Source: Candidatus Falkowbacteria bacterium
Lineage (GTDB): Bacteria > Patescibacteriota > Patescibacteriia > UBA11705 > JABHMO01
DNA: 53,003 bases
Direction: 5' to 3'
Assembly: GCA_018693855.1 (NCBI GenBank)
Contig: JABHMO010000006.1
Location: forward strand, 1-53,003
Made by a program: the position numbers and the translations under genes. Shown here in pieces: positions 35,715-45,229 of the stretch. Each line of letters opens with the position of its first letter. Position 1 is the first letter of the stretch. The notes under the pieces are model-generated. The model worked only from the letters and a program-made list of their open reading frames with translations. It was not told the DNA's origin and did not search any database.

Positions 35715-38255
35715 CTATTTCTTGTTTACCTTTTTCTCTTTTTCAGGTGCTTCTTCTTCCGCTGTTCCAATTGGAGTCAAACTCGCCACTTTATCACCCT
35801 TTTGTTTGAATCGCATAATTCTGACACCTTGAGTATCTCGTCCAAGCACAGGAATGCTCTTGAATGGTAATCGAATAACCTGACCTTTTTCTGAGATGAT
35901 TACTAAGTCTTGGCTTTCAACGTCAGTACTGTCAACGACAAATCCTTTCACAACCTGACCCGTTTTTGAAGTCACTTTTTGAGTTCGAATTCCACCACCA
36001 CCACGATTTTGGACTTTGTAATTTTTTAATTCTGATCTTTTTCCAAACCCTTCCTGACTAATCACTGAGACTTGGCTTTCTTTTTCTTTTTTTGGATCAA
36101 TTTTCCGCATACTGACAACGACGTCATCTGATTTTAACCGAATTCCTCGCACACCACTTGCAGATCTACCCATTGCCCGCACATCACTTTCTTTGAATCG
36201 AATACCTTGACCACGAGCAGAGATTAACATCATCTCATTGTTACCAGTCGTAGTTGAAACCCAATCTAATCTATCTTCATCTTTTAATTTAATCGCAATT
36301 AAACCAGACCGTCTTACATTTTTGAAATCTTCAAGCGCGACTTTTTTAATCACACCCTTCTGAGTAGACATGAAAATGAATTTTGCATCACTTTCATCAA
36401 TTTCAGCAGGTAATGGTAATATTGAAGAAACTTTTTCGTTTGGAGCAAGCTGCAAGAAGTTTACAATTGAGTTTCCCTTAGAAGTTCTAGTTCCGACAGG
36501 CACATCAAATGCTTTTAACTGGAATACTCTACCTCGAGTAGTGAAGAAAAACAGATTATCATGAGTCATTGGAGATAACATGTTCTCAACCGTATCCTCT
36601 TCCTTTGTTGTTAATCCAATCACACCTTTACCTCCTCTATGTTGAGATTTAAATGTATCAGTTGGCATCCGTTTAATGTAACCATCCTTTGTCATCATGA
36701 CAATCGTTGGTTCATTTGGGACTAAATCTTCTTGAGAAAATTCACCAACAGCACCCTTAATAATCTTTGTTCTTCGTTCATCTCCAAATTTTTCTCTTAC
36801 TTCAGCTAACTCGTCTTTAATAACCTGCAGAATCTTTTTCGCTGACGCTAATAGAGTTTTCAACTCTTTAATTATCTTTAATTTTTCTTTTAATTCATCT
36901 TCAAGTTTCTGTCGTTCCAAATTAGCCAAACTTTGCAACTTCATTTCCAGAATAGCAATAGCCTGAAGTTCAGAAAACTTAAATTTTTTCATTAAATTCT
37001 CCTTAGCAATGTTTTTGTCTTTTGAAGCTTTGATTAATTTGATAATTGCATCAATTTTATCAAGAGCCATTTTCAATCCTTCGAGGATATGAGCTCTTTC
37101 CTCTGCTTTTCGGAGTTCAAACTCAGCCCTTTTTCTAACAACGTCTTCTCGATGTTTTACATAATGCCCAATAATATCTTTCAAGTTCAAAACCTTTGGT
37201 TGAATCCCGTCAACTAAGGCTAAAGTATTTACATCAAAATTAGATTGCAGTTGAGTCAACTTAAACAATCTATTTAAAACTTTTTTCGGATATGAATCTC
37301 GTTTTAATTCAACTACAACTCTAACACCGTCCTTATCTGACTCATCTCTTACATCTTTGATACCTTCGATCTTTTTTGTTTTCACTAGTTCTGCAATTTT
37401 TTCAAGTAAAGTCGCTTTATTAACCTGATACGGAACTTCTGAAACAATAATTCTAAACTGACCTGATTTTTCTTCAGTAATTTCAGTTTTTGCTCTCATT
37501 ACAATCTTTCCTTTACCAGTTGTATATGCTAATTTAATCTCTTTTTGATCATAGATAATTCCACCAGTTGGGAAATCTGGTCCTGGAACAAACTCAAACA
37601 GATCTGAAGCAGTACATTCAGGGTTATCAATATAATGAGCAACAGCATCACAAAGCTCACTCAGATTATGAGGTGGAATCTTCGTTGCCATTCCAACTGC
37701 AATTCCCATTGTTCCATTCAACAACAAATTCGGAAGCTTCGCAGGCAGTACTTGAGGTTCCTTCTGTGTCCCATCGTAATTGGGAATAAAGTTAATAGTC
37801 TCTTTCTCAAGATCAAAAAGCAGCTCTTCAGCAATCGCACCAAGCTTTGCCTCAGTATACCTCATCGCCGCAGCATGATCACCGTCCATTGACCCAAAGT
37901 TACCCTGCCCTTTTACAAGCATGTATCTCATTGAGAAATCCTGTGCCATTCTTACCATTGAATCGTAAACAGCCTGGTCTCCATGAGGATGGTATTTACC
38001 AAGTACTTCACCAACTACAGTTGCTGATTTTCGAAATTTCGCATTTGCTCTCAAACCGATATTCCACATCGCATACAAAATTCTTCGATGAACTGGTTTC
38101 AAACCATCACGAACGTCAGGCAGAGCACGAGCCACAATCACGCTCATCGCGTAATCAATGTAACTGCTTTCCATCTCATCAACAATCGGGACATCAGTAA
38201 TTTTTTCTACAATTGGATTTTCTTCTGGTATTGGATCTTTTTTCTTTTTTGGCAT
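35715..38255 (-). CDS. gyrA: DNA gyrase subunit A
   Basis: Contains AAMRYTE (catalytic Tyr) and the QRDR-like [10 protein letters not shown]. Confidence 0.97.
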   Translation of the reverse strand: MPKKKKDPIPEENPIVEKITDVPIVDEMESSYIDYAMSVIVARALPDVRDGLKPVHRRILYAMWNIGLRANAKFRKSATVVGEVLGKYHPHGDQAVYDSMVRMAQDFSMRYMLVKGQGNFGSMDGDHAAAMRYTEAKLGAIAEELLFDLEKETINFIPNYDGTQKEPQVLPAKLPNLLLNGTMGIAVGMATKIPPHNLSELCDAVAHYIDNPECTASDLFEFVPGPDFPTGGIIYDQKEIKLAYTTGKGKIVMRAKTEITEEKSGQFRIIVSEVPYQVNKATLLEKIAELVKTKKIEGIKDVRDESDKDGVRVVVELKRDSYPKKVLNRLFKLTQLQSNFDVNTLALVDGIQPKVLNLKDIIGHYVKHREDVVRKRAEFELRKAEERAHILEGLKMALDKIDAIIKLIKASKDKNIAKENLMKKFKFSELQAIAILEMKLQSLANLERQKLEDELKEKLKIIKELKTLLASAKKILQVIKDELAEVREKFGDERRTKIIKGAVGEFSQEDLVPNEPTIVMMTKDGYIKRMPTDTFKSQHRGGKGVIGLTTKEEDTVENMLSPMTHDNLFFFTTRGRVFQLKAFDVPVGTRTSKGNSIVNFLQLAPNEKVSSILPLPAEIDESDAKFIFMSTQKGVIKKVALEDFKNVRRSGLIAIKLKDEDRLDWVSTTTGNNEMMLISARGQGIRFKESDVRAMGRSASGVRGIRLKSDDVVVSMRKIDPKKEKESQVSVISQEGFGKRSELKNYKVQNRGGGGIRTQKVTSKTGQVVKGFVVDSTDVESQDLVIISEKGQVIRLPFKSIPVLGRDTQGVRIMRFKQKGDKVASLTPIGTAEEEAPEKEKKVNKK

Positions 38256-38287
38256 AAGTTAAATGGATAAAGGGTCTAACAAATCTT

Positions 38288-38530
38288 TTAATTAGTAGTC
38301 TCTTGACTACTCGTTATTTCTTCAATCTTTTGTTTTCCTTCATCTATGATATTTTCAATATTATATAGTTCTTCGACTTCAATAAAGTTCTCAACAGCTT
38401 GCTGATTCTCATCACCCAACTCTTTATTAATCCTTTCAAAATTATACTTAACCGCAAAAAGCCAAGCCATAAAAATTATCACGGCCGATATGATCACGCA
38501 AAGCCACAGTGTAGTGTACTTATTTTGCAT
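38288..38530 (-). CDS. Small single-TM protein (80 aa)
   Basis: ORF with the TM helix LWLCVIISAVIIFMAWLFAV, lying immediately upstream of gyrA on the same strand. Confidence 0.55.
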   Translation of the reverse strand: MQNKYTTLWLCVIISAVIIFMAWLFAVKYNFERINKELGDENQQAVENFIEVEELYNIENIIDEGKQKIEEITSSQETTN

Positions 38531-38538
38531 ATTAAATT

Positions 38539-38579
38539 GATGCGAATGATACGAATCGCGATACTAATATAATTATTAG
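38539..38579 (-). repeat. TACTAAT/GCGAAT-word array
   Basis: The sequence is GATGCGAATGATACGAATCGCGATACTAATATA. Confidence 0.7.
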
Positions 38580-38586
38580 AAACATT

Positions 38587-38744
38587 GAACAGATTTCTCC
38601 CCTACGCCTCTCGACTACGCTCGAGACTTCGGTCGAAATGACAGGAGGAGCTTAAATCATCCACCCCCTGTCATTTCGACTGGAGCGCTATTTAAGACGG
38701 GAAAATAACTTTGATAGAATAAAGCGGACGGGAGAAATCTGTTC
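38587..38744. repeat. 158-bp palindromic element with perfect 15-bp terminal inverted repeats
   Basis: The termini are GAACAGATTTCTCCC and GGGAGAAATCTGTTC. An internal 14-bp stem is GTCGAAATGACAGG/CCTGTCATTTCGAC. Confidence 0.8.
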
Positions 38745-38765
38745 CATTATCAAAATAAATTCTCT

Positions 38766-39425
38766 CTAGTTTTTCTCCAAAACGACTAACTCTGTCTTCT
38801 CTTGAGGTAGATCTCGTTTATTTATTTTGTATTTTGGTAAATGTTGAGCATTGTTTCCCATCTCTTTGATAAACTTTTCAGCAGTTTCAACTTCTACGCT
38901 CAAACCTTTTATCTTGTAATGCATTGGAATAACGATACGAGGATCAATCTGTTTCACGACATCAGCTGCTTCTTTTGCATCGATAGTATATTTCCCTCCG
39001 ACTGGAATTAAAAGGATGTCAACGTTTTCAATCCTTCCTAATTGATAATCTGATAAACCTGTACCAAGATCACCAAGATGCAGTATTCTAGTGCCATCAA
39101 TATCAAATTTGAACATTGTTGATTTACCACGTTCCTCACCTTTTTTCTTATCATGATACGAACCAATCCCGGTTATAAAAACGCCCTTCACCTCATACTC
39201 ACCTGGTCGATCAAAAATTTGAGGTTTATCGTTTTCCATTCCAAGAACTTCATCAACATTATTATGATCAAAATGATCATGACTACTTGTTACGATATCA
39301 GCTCTTGTTTTCGGCATTTTAAAACCAACTTCTTTTGTATAAGGATCAGTTAAAACAGTTACAGTTTCTCCTTTTATCTTTTCTTCAATCTTGAAACAAG
39401 ACTGTCCAAGCCAAGTGATTGTCAT
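38766..39425 (-). CDS. MBL-fold metal-dependent hydrolase (UPF0173-like)
   Basis: Contains MTITWLGQSCF and SSHDHFDH. The track start is TTG at 39437. Confidence 0.82.
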   Translation of the reverse strand: MTITWLGQSCFKIEEKIKGETVTVLTDPYTKEVGFKMPKTRADIVTSSHDHFDHNNVDEVLGMENDKPQIFDRPGEYEVKGVFITGIGSYHDKKKGEERGKSTMFKFDIDGTRILHLGDLGTGLSDYQLGRIENVDILLIPVGGKYTIDAKEAADVVKQIDPRIVIPMHYKIKGLSVEVETAEKFIKEMGNNAQHLPKYKINKRDLPQEKTELVVLEKN

Positions 39426-39567
39426 ATTTTCTAGCAATTAGCTTATTAGCTTATTAGCTTCTAGCTAAAACAATTAGGAATTATATATCAAGATTTTATC
39501 ATAATATAAAAAAATACGCAATTAACAAATCCACCGTAGAACGCAATTTTGAGGGTTTTAGACGCAA

Positions 39568-39602
39568 GATCACGTAGCACGTAACACGAAGCACGTAGCA
39601 GG
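39568..39602 (+). repeat. CACGTAGCACGTA-word array (upstream of the rpsA promoter)
   Basis: Matches the reverse complement of 51336..51367. Confidence 0.7.
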
Positions 39603-39691
39603 AATCGCAAAGGTTGTTATATCGCGATTTTGAGCCAATCAGGATCAACGGTAAATTAAATAAAAAGTATTTACAGTTCTTAAATAAAGAC

Positions 39692-39720
39692 TTGACGAAA
39701 TTTGATAAATAAGATAGAAT
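39692..39720 (+). promoter_or_regulatory. TTGACG-N17-TAGAAT promoter for rpsA
   Basis: Read directly from the sequence. It implies a 5' UTR of about 185 nt made of word arrays. Confidence 0.55.
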
Positions 39721-39868
39721 ATAAGCACTTTACAATCTATCAGCTAACAGCTCGCTAAACTTATTTATTATTAAACGGCAGCTGGAAAAAACATTTTCCA
39801 CCGGCGTGTGGAATTTTTTGATATATTGTATTGCGGATATGCGGATCATTTGCGGATTCTGCGGATTC

Positions 39869-39908
39869 AATCTGTACAATCTGCACATAAATCTGTACAT
39901 CTGTACCC
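39869..39908 (+). repeat. CTGTACA-word leader repeat, rpsA copy
   Basis: AATCTGTACAATCTGCACATAAATCTGTACATCTGTACCC lies immediately before the ATG. Confidence 0.8.
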
Positions 39909-39910
39909 CT

Positions 39911-41107
39911 ATGACTATTAAAAAAGAAGAAACTAAAAAAGTTGAAACAGCAATGGATAAGCTATTCAACGATGATAAAGCTTTTACAAAATTACCAGAA
40001 GAAGGTGATATTGTTGAAGGTACTGTAATTAGTATTGAAAAGAAAGAAGTATTACTTGATATCAATGGAGTAATGACAGGTATCATTCGTGGGAAAGAAC
40101 TTTTCAATGAATCAAGTGAGTTTGCAGATCTAAAACCTGGAGACAAAACTGAAGCAACTGTTGTTGACCTTGATAATGAACTTGGCATGATTGAGCTTTC
40201 TTTCCGGTACGCTGGACATCAGAAAACTTGGACAACACTCGACGAATACAAAAACTCAAGTACGGTTGTTACCGCAAAAGTTACTGACGCCAACAAAGGT
40301 GGGTTACTTGTTTCTGTAAATGGTGTTGCAGGATTTTTGCCAGTTTCACAACTAAGCCCTGAATACTATCCAAGAATTCAAGGTGGTGATAAGAATAAAA
40401 TTCTTGAAAAACTTAAATCTTACGTTAAACAAGAGTTCTCAGTAAAAGTTCTTGATGTTAATTCAGAACAAGAGAAATTAATTGTTAGTGAGAAAGCATC
40501 TTGGGAAGAAGCTCAAAAAGATCTATTTTCAAAATACAAAGTTGGTGATAAAGTTGATGGTAAAATCACAGCTGTAACTGACTTTGGCGTATTCGTTCAG
40601 TTCGGAGAAAACCTAGAAGGGTTAATCCATATTTCTGAACTTGCTTGGCAACGAATCGATGATCCAAGAGATCTATACAAAGTTAATGATGAACTTCAAG
40701 CTGAAATCATCAATATCGATGGATCAAAAATCTTTTTATCAAGTAAAAAACTAATCGCTGATCCTTGGGCAGACGTTGCTGAGAAATATACAGTTGGCGA
40801 TGTTGTTGAAGGAAAAGTTTTGAAAATCACTTCTTACGGACTGTTCGTTGAGCTTGACAAGAACATTCACGGATTAGCTCATATTTCAGAGATGAAAGAT
40901 CCAAACATGTCTAACATCGAAAAAACTGTTAAAGTGGGTGAACTTAAAAAATTCAAAATTGTTTCAATTGAAGCGAAGGAACATAGATTAGGATTAGCTA
41001 TTGCTGAAGAGGGAAAAGATAAAAGTGAAAAGATTAAAGAAGAAAAGGTAGAGAAAGAAGAAGAAAGTAAAGAGGATAAAGATGAAAGTGGAGAAGAAGA
41101 GAAATAA
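39911..41107 (+). CDS. rpsA: 30S ribosomal protein S1 (four S1 domains, K/E-rich tail)
   Basis: Repeated S1/OB modules (GDIVEGTV, GDKVDGKI, GDVVEGKV). The track start at 39806 translates the repeat leader. Confidence 0.9.
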   Translation: MTIKKEETKKVETAMDKLFNDDKAFTKLPEEGDIVEGTVISIEKKEVLLDINGVMTGIIRGKELFNESSEFADLKPGDKTEATVVDLDNELGMIELSFRYAGHQKTWTTLDEYKNSSTVVTAKVTDANKGGLLVSVNGVAGFLPVSQLSPEYYPRIQGGDKNKILEKLKSYVKQEFSVKVLDVNSEQEKLIVSEKASWEEAQKDLFSKYKVGDKVDGKITAVTDFGVFVQFGENLEGLIHISELAWQRIDDPRDLYKVNDELQAEIINIDGSKIFLSSKKLIADPWADVAEKYTVGDVVEGKVLKITSYGLFVELDKNIHGLAHISEMKDPNMSNIEKTVKVGELKKFKIVSIEAKEHRLGLAIAEEGKDKSEKIKEEKVEKEEESKEDKDESGEEEK

Positions 41108-41126
41108 ACTTCATATAAAGAATTAG

Positions 41127-41154
41127 AAAAGAACGCTCGAAGGGGCGTTCTTTT
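41127..41154. terminator. Bidirectional terminator (rpsA / zinc-ribbon orphan)
   Basis: GAACGC/GCGTTC with A and T runs. Confidence 0.65.
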
Positions 41155-41164
41155 GATTGAGCTT

Positions 41165-41545
41165 TTACTTTCTTCGACGATACTGAAACAGAGTATCTAA
41201 GACTGAAAGTTTTAATTGTTTTGCCTCTGCCCAAACACGTTGATAACATTTTCTACAAACGTAATAAATACCAATAGTTCTACGTATTGTTGCGTCATCG
41301 TCTTCGAGCAACAACATAGTACATCCGGGGCAAGAACATTTTATTCGAATCTTAGGAAGAGCAGTTTGTGACCAAATTCCAAATTTCAAAAAGATGTTCA
41401 TCGGTACGCCAGTCGTTTTCGACAATCGCCAAGTTCGCTGATAGCAAGCCTGACAAACGGGAACGCCATCAATCTTGCGAGAGATATTGATTTGTTCACG
41501 GGCAGTCAAACAGTTGCATCCAGGAAATCCACAAATAGATCTCAT
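41165..41545 (-). CDS. Orphan protein with two tandem Cys-rich zinc-ribbon-like modules
   Basis: CGFPGCNC...VCQACYQRTW is repeated as CSCPGCT...VCRKCYQRVW. It has an AGAGAGGTG SD and the promoter at 41593..41621. Confidence 0.6.
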   Translation of the reverse strand: MRSICGFPGCNCLTAREQINISRKIDGVPVCQACYQRTWRLSKTTGVPMNIFLKFGIWSQTALPKIRIKCSCPGCTMLLLEDDDATIRRTIGIYYVCRKCYQRVWAEAKQLKLSVLDTLFQYRRRK

Positions 41546-41592
41546 TTAAGCACCTCTCTATTCAGTTTTCAAACAAAATCAGTTAATAATTG

Positions 41593-41621
41593 ATATTACC
41601 ATTTGACTTTTGTTTAGTCAA
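41593..41621 (-). promoter_or_regulatory. TTGACT-N17-TAATAT promoter (zinc-ribbon orphan)
   Basis: Read directly from the sequence. Confidence 0.55.
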
Positions 41622-41666
41622 TCATATTTACCGACATTTTGAAAATAAATCGTAAAATACAAGCCC

Positions 41667-41695
41667 TTGAAAATATTAATAATCCCTGCTATACT
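41667..41695 (+). promoter_or_regulatory. TTGAAA-N17-TATACT (TG-extended) promoter for rny
   Basis: Read directly from the sequence. It implies a 5' UTR of about 200 nt. Confidence 0.55.
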
Positions 41696-41909
41696 TGAGT
41701 TACAAATAAATAATTAATGATGCTTTTTGTTGTTTTTGGAAGTAACGTTGATGATAAATTAAGAACTGGATGATTTAACTAAAATTAGATTAAATTTCTT
41801 CGATATATTACTTTATTAGCCTTTTTCATAATTTTTGAGATGGCTAAAATTAGCAAACAATTTATCTTCATTTAACTAAACTTTCTTAAACAGGAGAAGC
41901 AAAAAAGAT

Positions 41910-43427
41910 ATGCTTTATCCTATTTTAATTGGCGTAGCTGCTATTGTAGGTATCATTCTGGGATATTTCATTCGTAAAAAAGTTGCTCAAACCGAAGCAG
42001 ACTCACTAGAGTCAAAAATGCAAACAAAGGTAGAGGAAGCAAATTCAAAATCAAGAGAAGTTGTATTAAAAGCAAAAGACAAAGCTCTTGAGATTATTGA
42101 TGAAGCGAAAAAAGAGGAACAAAGTAGACGAAGAGAAATTCAATCGCTGCAAAGCAGAGTTGAGAAACGTGAAAGTCTATTCGATCAGAAATTACTAGAC
42201 TTAGAAAACAAGCAATCAAAACTCCAAGACAAAGCTACACAGATCGAACAGATCAAAGAAAAAATTAAACAGATCCAACAGGAGCAACTAGACAAGTTAC
42301 AAAAAGTTGCCGCAATGAACAAAGAAGAAGCTCAAGAAGTTTTGCTAAAAAATGTTGAACGAGACATTCAGGAAACATTGATGAGTAGAATCAAAAAACT
42401 TGAGAATGAAAGTGAATCAACGTTCGAAAAAATCGCGCAAGAAAAAATTGTTAACGCGGTACAGCGATGTGCAACTAGTCATGCTTCTGAAATTACAACA
42501 ACCGTTGTTGATCTTCCAAGTGAAGAGATGAAAGGACGAATTATTGGTCGTGAAGGTCGAAACATTCGTGCAATCGAACAACAAACCGGTGTAGAGATCA
42601 TCGTTGATGACACACCTCAAGCAATTACTGTTTCAGGATTCAGTCCAATCAGACGACACGTTGCAAAACGAGCTCTTGAAAAATTAATCCTAGACGGAAG
42701 AATTCATCCTGCAAAAATCGAAGACGCAATTGCTGAAGCGAAAAAAGAACTTGCAGTTGAAATTAGAAAGGCAGGTGAAGACGCTGCTTACGAACTAGGT
42801 ATTGCTGGACTTGATCCAAAGTTAGTACAGATTGTCGGTAGACTAAAATACAGAACAAGTTACGGTCAGAATGTACTTCGACATAGTGTTGAAGTTTCAA
42901 ACCTTGCAGCATTACTTGCTGTTGATCTTGGCGCGAACGTAACTGTTGCGAAAAAGGCTGGTTTCCTACATGATATTGGAAAAGCTGTTGACCATGAAAT
43001 TCAAGGTACTCACCCTGAGATTGGTCGAGATATCGCAAAGAAGTTCGGATTGTCAGATGAACTAATCGCTCCAATCCTCGAACATCACGAAGATCATCCA
43101 ACAACTCTTGAAGCTGTTATCGTAAAAGTAGCTGACGCTATTTCAGGTGCTAGACCTGGTGCGCGAAAAGACACTTACGAACGATACCTGCAACGATTAG
43201 AAGAACTTGAGAACATTGCCAAACGAAATGATGGTGTTGATAAATCATACGCTATCCAAGCTGGTCGTGAAGTTCGAGTTTTCGTTGAACCTGACAAAAT
43301 TTCTGATATCGAAGCTCAAAAGATGGCAGAAAAAATCGCTAAAGACATTGAAAGCGAACTTAAATATCCAGGTGAAATTCGAGTTACAATTATTCGAGAG
43401 AATAGAATTGTTGAGTATGCTAGATAA
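41910..43427 (+). CDS. rny: Ribonuclease Y
   Basis: N-terminal TM helix, KH motif GRIIGREGRNIRA and HD domain (HDIGK). Confidence 0.95.
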   Translation: MLYPILIGVAAIVGIILGYFIRKKVAQTEADSLESKMQTKVEEANSKSREVVLKAKDKALEIIDEAKKEEQSRRREIQSLQSRVEKRESLFDQKLLDLENKQSKLQDKATQIEQIKEKIKQIQQEQLDKLQKVAAMNKEEAQEVLLKNVERDIQETLMSRIKKLENESESTFEKIAQEKIVNAVQRCATSHASEITTTVVDLPSEEMKGRIIGREGRNIRAIEQQTGVEIIVDDTPQAITVSGFSPIRRHVAKRALEKLILDGRIHPAKIEDAIAEAKKELAVEIRKAGEDAAYELGIAGLDPKLVQIVGRLKYRTSYGQNVLRHSVEVSNLAALLAVDLGANVTVAKKAGFLHDIGKAVDHEIQGTHPEIGRDIAKKFGLSDELIAPILEHHEDHPTTLEAVIVKVADAISGARPGARKDTYERYLQRLEELENIAKRNDGVDKSYAIQAGREVRVFVEPDKISDIEAQKMAEKIAKDIESELKYPGEIRVTIIRENRIVEYAR

Positions 43428-43536
43428 GCGCGGAACGCGGATCGCAAAACGCGGATCGTAAAACTCGAGACTCCAATACACCACTTAAAGATTAAAAACA
43501 AATTAAAAAGAAGGCTCGGTTTGACCGTGGCCTTCT

Positions 43537-43731
43537 TTATTTTGGTCCAAGAACAGTAATTGTCATGATGGTTTCGTTTTTACCATGGGTCAAAGTTGTA
43601 ATTCTGACTGGTAAATCCTCTGCGTGAGGATGATCTTTGAGTTGCAGAGCAGCTCGTAAATCATCTCGATTGACAATGTTACCAGAAGTAGCAGGTAATT
43701 GCGTTATTTTGAGAACTTTGAGATCAGGCAT
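43537..43731 (-). CDS. Orphan small protein (64 aa)
   Basis: GGAAGGTGAG lies before ATG 43731 and the promoter is at 43783..43811. The longer track ORF runs through the promoter. Confidence 0.5.
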   Translation of the reverse strand: MPDLKVLKITQLPATSGNIVNRDDLRAALQLKDHPHAEDLPVRITTLTHGKNETIMTITVLGPK

Positions 43732-43782
43732 ATTACTCACCTTCCTATAAATACACTGTGATAATGATCTTGTTACATCTAT

Positions 43783-43811
43783 ATTTAAGCTTCTTATTTT
43801 ATCACTGTCAA
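43783..43811 (-). promoter_or_regulatory. TTGACA-N17-TTAAAT promoter (64-aa orphan)
   Basis: Read directly from the sequence. Confidence 0.5.
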
Positions 43812-43903
43812 GGCATTTCATTTGCTTGATTATTATTTTTTTGCTATAATTAGGCAAAGTCAAACATTTAACGTTTTATACTTAACCTTTGACTTACAAA
43901 CCT

Positions 43904-44701
43904 ATGAGCCAACTAAAGGTTCTCTTCCTCGGCGACATTGTCGGAAAAATTGGAAGAAAAGCAGTGAAAGAATCATTACCAAAACTTAAGAAGAAATATA
44001 AGCCTGATTTTATAATTGCTAATGCTGAAAATCTAGCACATGGGAAAAGTGTAACAGAAAAAACATTACAAGAGATGTCTGATGCTGGAATCGATTTCTT
44101 CACATCAGGTAACCATATTTGGGCAAACCCTGAGAGTGAACAGATTCTAAGTGAACAAAAGTTTGATATCATTAGACCAGCCAACTATCCTGAAGGAGTT
44201 CCTGGATTTGGACATAAGATAATTGAAGTCGGAACAAAAAAAGTCCTTGTAGCAAATCAGATGGGACGAGTATTCTTTCGTGAAGACTTTGAAAACCCTT
44301 TTACCGTCATGGAAGATATCCTAAAACAAGAAAAAGGTAAGTTTGATTTCTCTATTGTGGATTTACACGCCGAAGCAACCAGTGAAAAAGTTTCATTTGC
44401 AAAATATTTCGATGGTAAAGTTGATTTAGTAATTGGTACACATACTCATGTGCAAACAGCTGATGAAAAAGTACTTGAAGAAGGAACTGGTTTCATCTCT
44501 GACGCAGGCATGGTTGGAGCAAAAGACTCAAGCATCGGAGTTGATTTCAAAAACGTTCTCCACATGTTCTTCACCCAAATGCCAAAAGCATTCGAACTCC
44601 CAGAGTCTGGCACTTGCATTATTAACGGTATTTTTGCTACAATTAAACAAGATAAAGGTGTCACCAAGATAGAACGCGTAAGTGAGGAAGTCGACGTCTA
44701 G
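43904..44701 (+). CDS. YmdB-like metallophosphoesterase (TIGR00282-type)
   Basis: Contains KVLFLGDIVGKIGR, GNHIW and GTHTHVQTADE. Confidence 0.85.
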   Translation: MSQLKVLFLGDIVGKIGRKAVKESLPKLKKKYKPDFIIANAENLAHGKSVTEKTLQEMSDAGIDFFTSGNHIWANPESEQILSEQKFDIIRPANYPEGVPGFGHKIIEVGTKKVLVANQMGRVFFREDFENPFTVMEDILKQEKGKFDFSIVDLHAEATSEKVSFAKYFDGKVDLVIGTHTHVQTADEKVLEEGTGFISDAGMVGAKDSSIGVDFKNVLHMFFTQMPKAFELPESGTCIINGIFATIKQDKGVTKIERVSEEVDV

Positions 44702-44706
44702 AAAGG

Positions 44707-44736
44707 ATACGAATGATACTAATGACCATACTAATA
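44707..44736. repeat. Left 30-nt inverted repeat flanking the GxxExxY gene
   Basis: ATACGAATGATACTAATGACCATACTAATA matches the reverse complement of 45148..45177 at 28 of 30 positions. Confidence 0.85.
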
Positions 44737-44747
44737 CAGATTTGAAC

Positions 44748-45140
44748 ATGAACAACACTAATAACAACTTGATATATCCGGACTTGTCGTTTCAGTTGGT
44801 TGGTTTGTGTATGTTTGTTCATAATACTTACGGTCAATTCTGTAGAGAAAAACAGTATAGTCAATATCTTGAACAATTATTAGTAGATAAAAAGATTAAT
44901 TATAAAAAAGAAGTTGAAATATTTGATACAAAGAATCGAGCAGATTTCATAATTGAAAATAAAATAGTAATTGAACTCAAATCGAAAAAGATGATGCATT
45001 CTGAAGATTACAATCAAATTCAAAGATACTTACAAGCCACACAACTTAAACTTGGACTACTTATCAACTTTGGAGGCAAAGACCTATTTTACAAAAGAAT
45101 TACGCTAATCGAAACAGATGCCAGAAAACGTTTCCAATAA
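44748..45140 (+). CDS. GxxExxY family protein (PD-(D/E)XK-like)
   Basis: Contains YGQFCREKQY and RADFIIENKIVIELK. The start is at ATG 44748. Confidence 0.75.
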   Translation: MNNTNNNLIYPDLSFQLVGLCMFVHNTYGQFCREKQYSQYLEQLLVDKKINYKKEVEIFDTKNRADFIIENKIVIELKSKKMMHSEDYNQIQRYLQATQLKLGLLINFGGKDLFYKRITLIETDARKRFQ

Positions 45141-45147
45141 CTGTGCC

Positions 45148-45177
45148 TATTAGTATGGCCATTAGTATCATTCGCAT
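45148..45177. repeat. Right 30-nt inverted repeat flanking the GxxExxY gene
   Basis: See the left arm. Confidence 0.85.
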
Positions 45178-45229
45178 TACCTAAAAATCAATATCCTACT
45201 ATCTAAAAAATAAAACAGGCACCTCGAAC

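Noticed and set aside
39730-40188. 152-aa minus-strand ORF, together with the other antisense or shadow ORFs in the track. Examples: 20307..20690, 9354..9713, 37847..38200, 49153..49587 and 23528..24295.
   Set aside because: They lie antisense to or overlapping strongly supported genes (rpsA, the membrane protein, leuS, gyrA, the purH-like gene, rpoC). Their sequences are low-complexity or Ser/Leu/Phe-rich and they have no start signals.
41850-41909. AGGAGA upstream of rny as a Shine-Dalgarno, which would be an exception to the observation that core genes lack an SD.
   Set aside because: It lies about 15 nt from the ATG, too far for canonical SD function. I noted it but do not count it as an SD.
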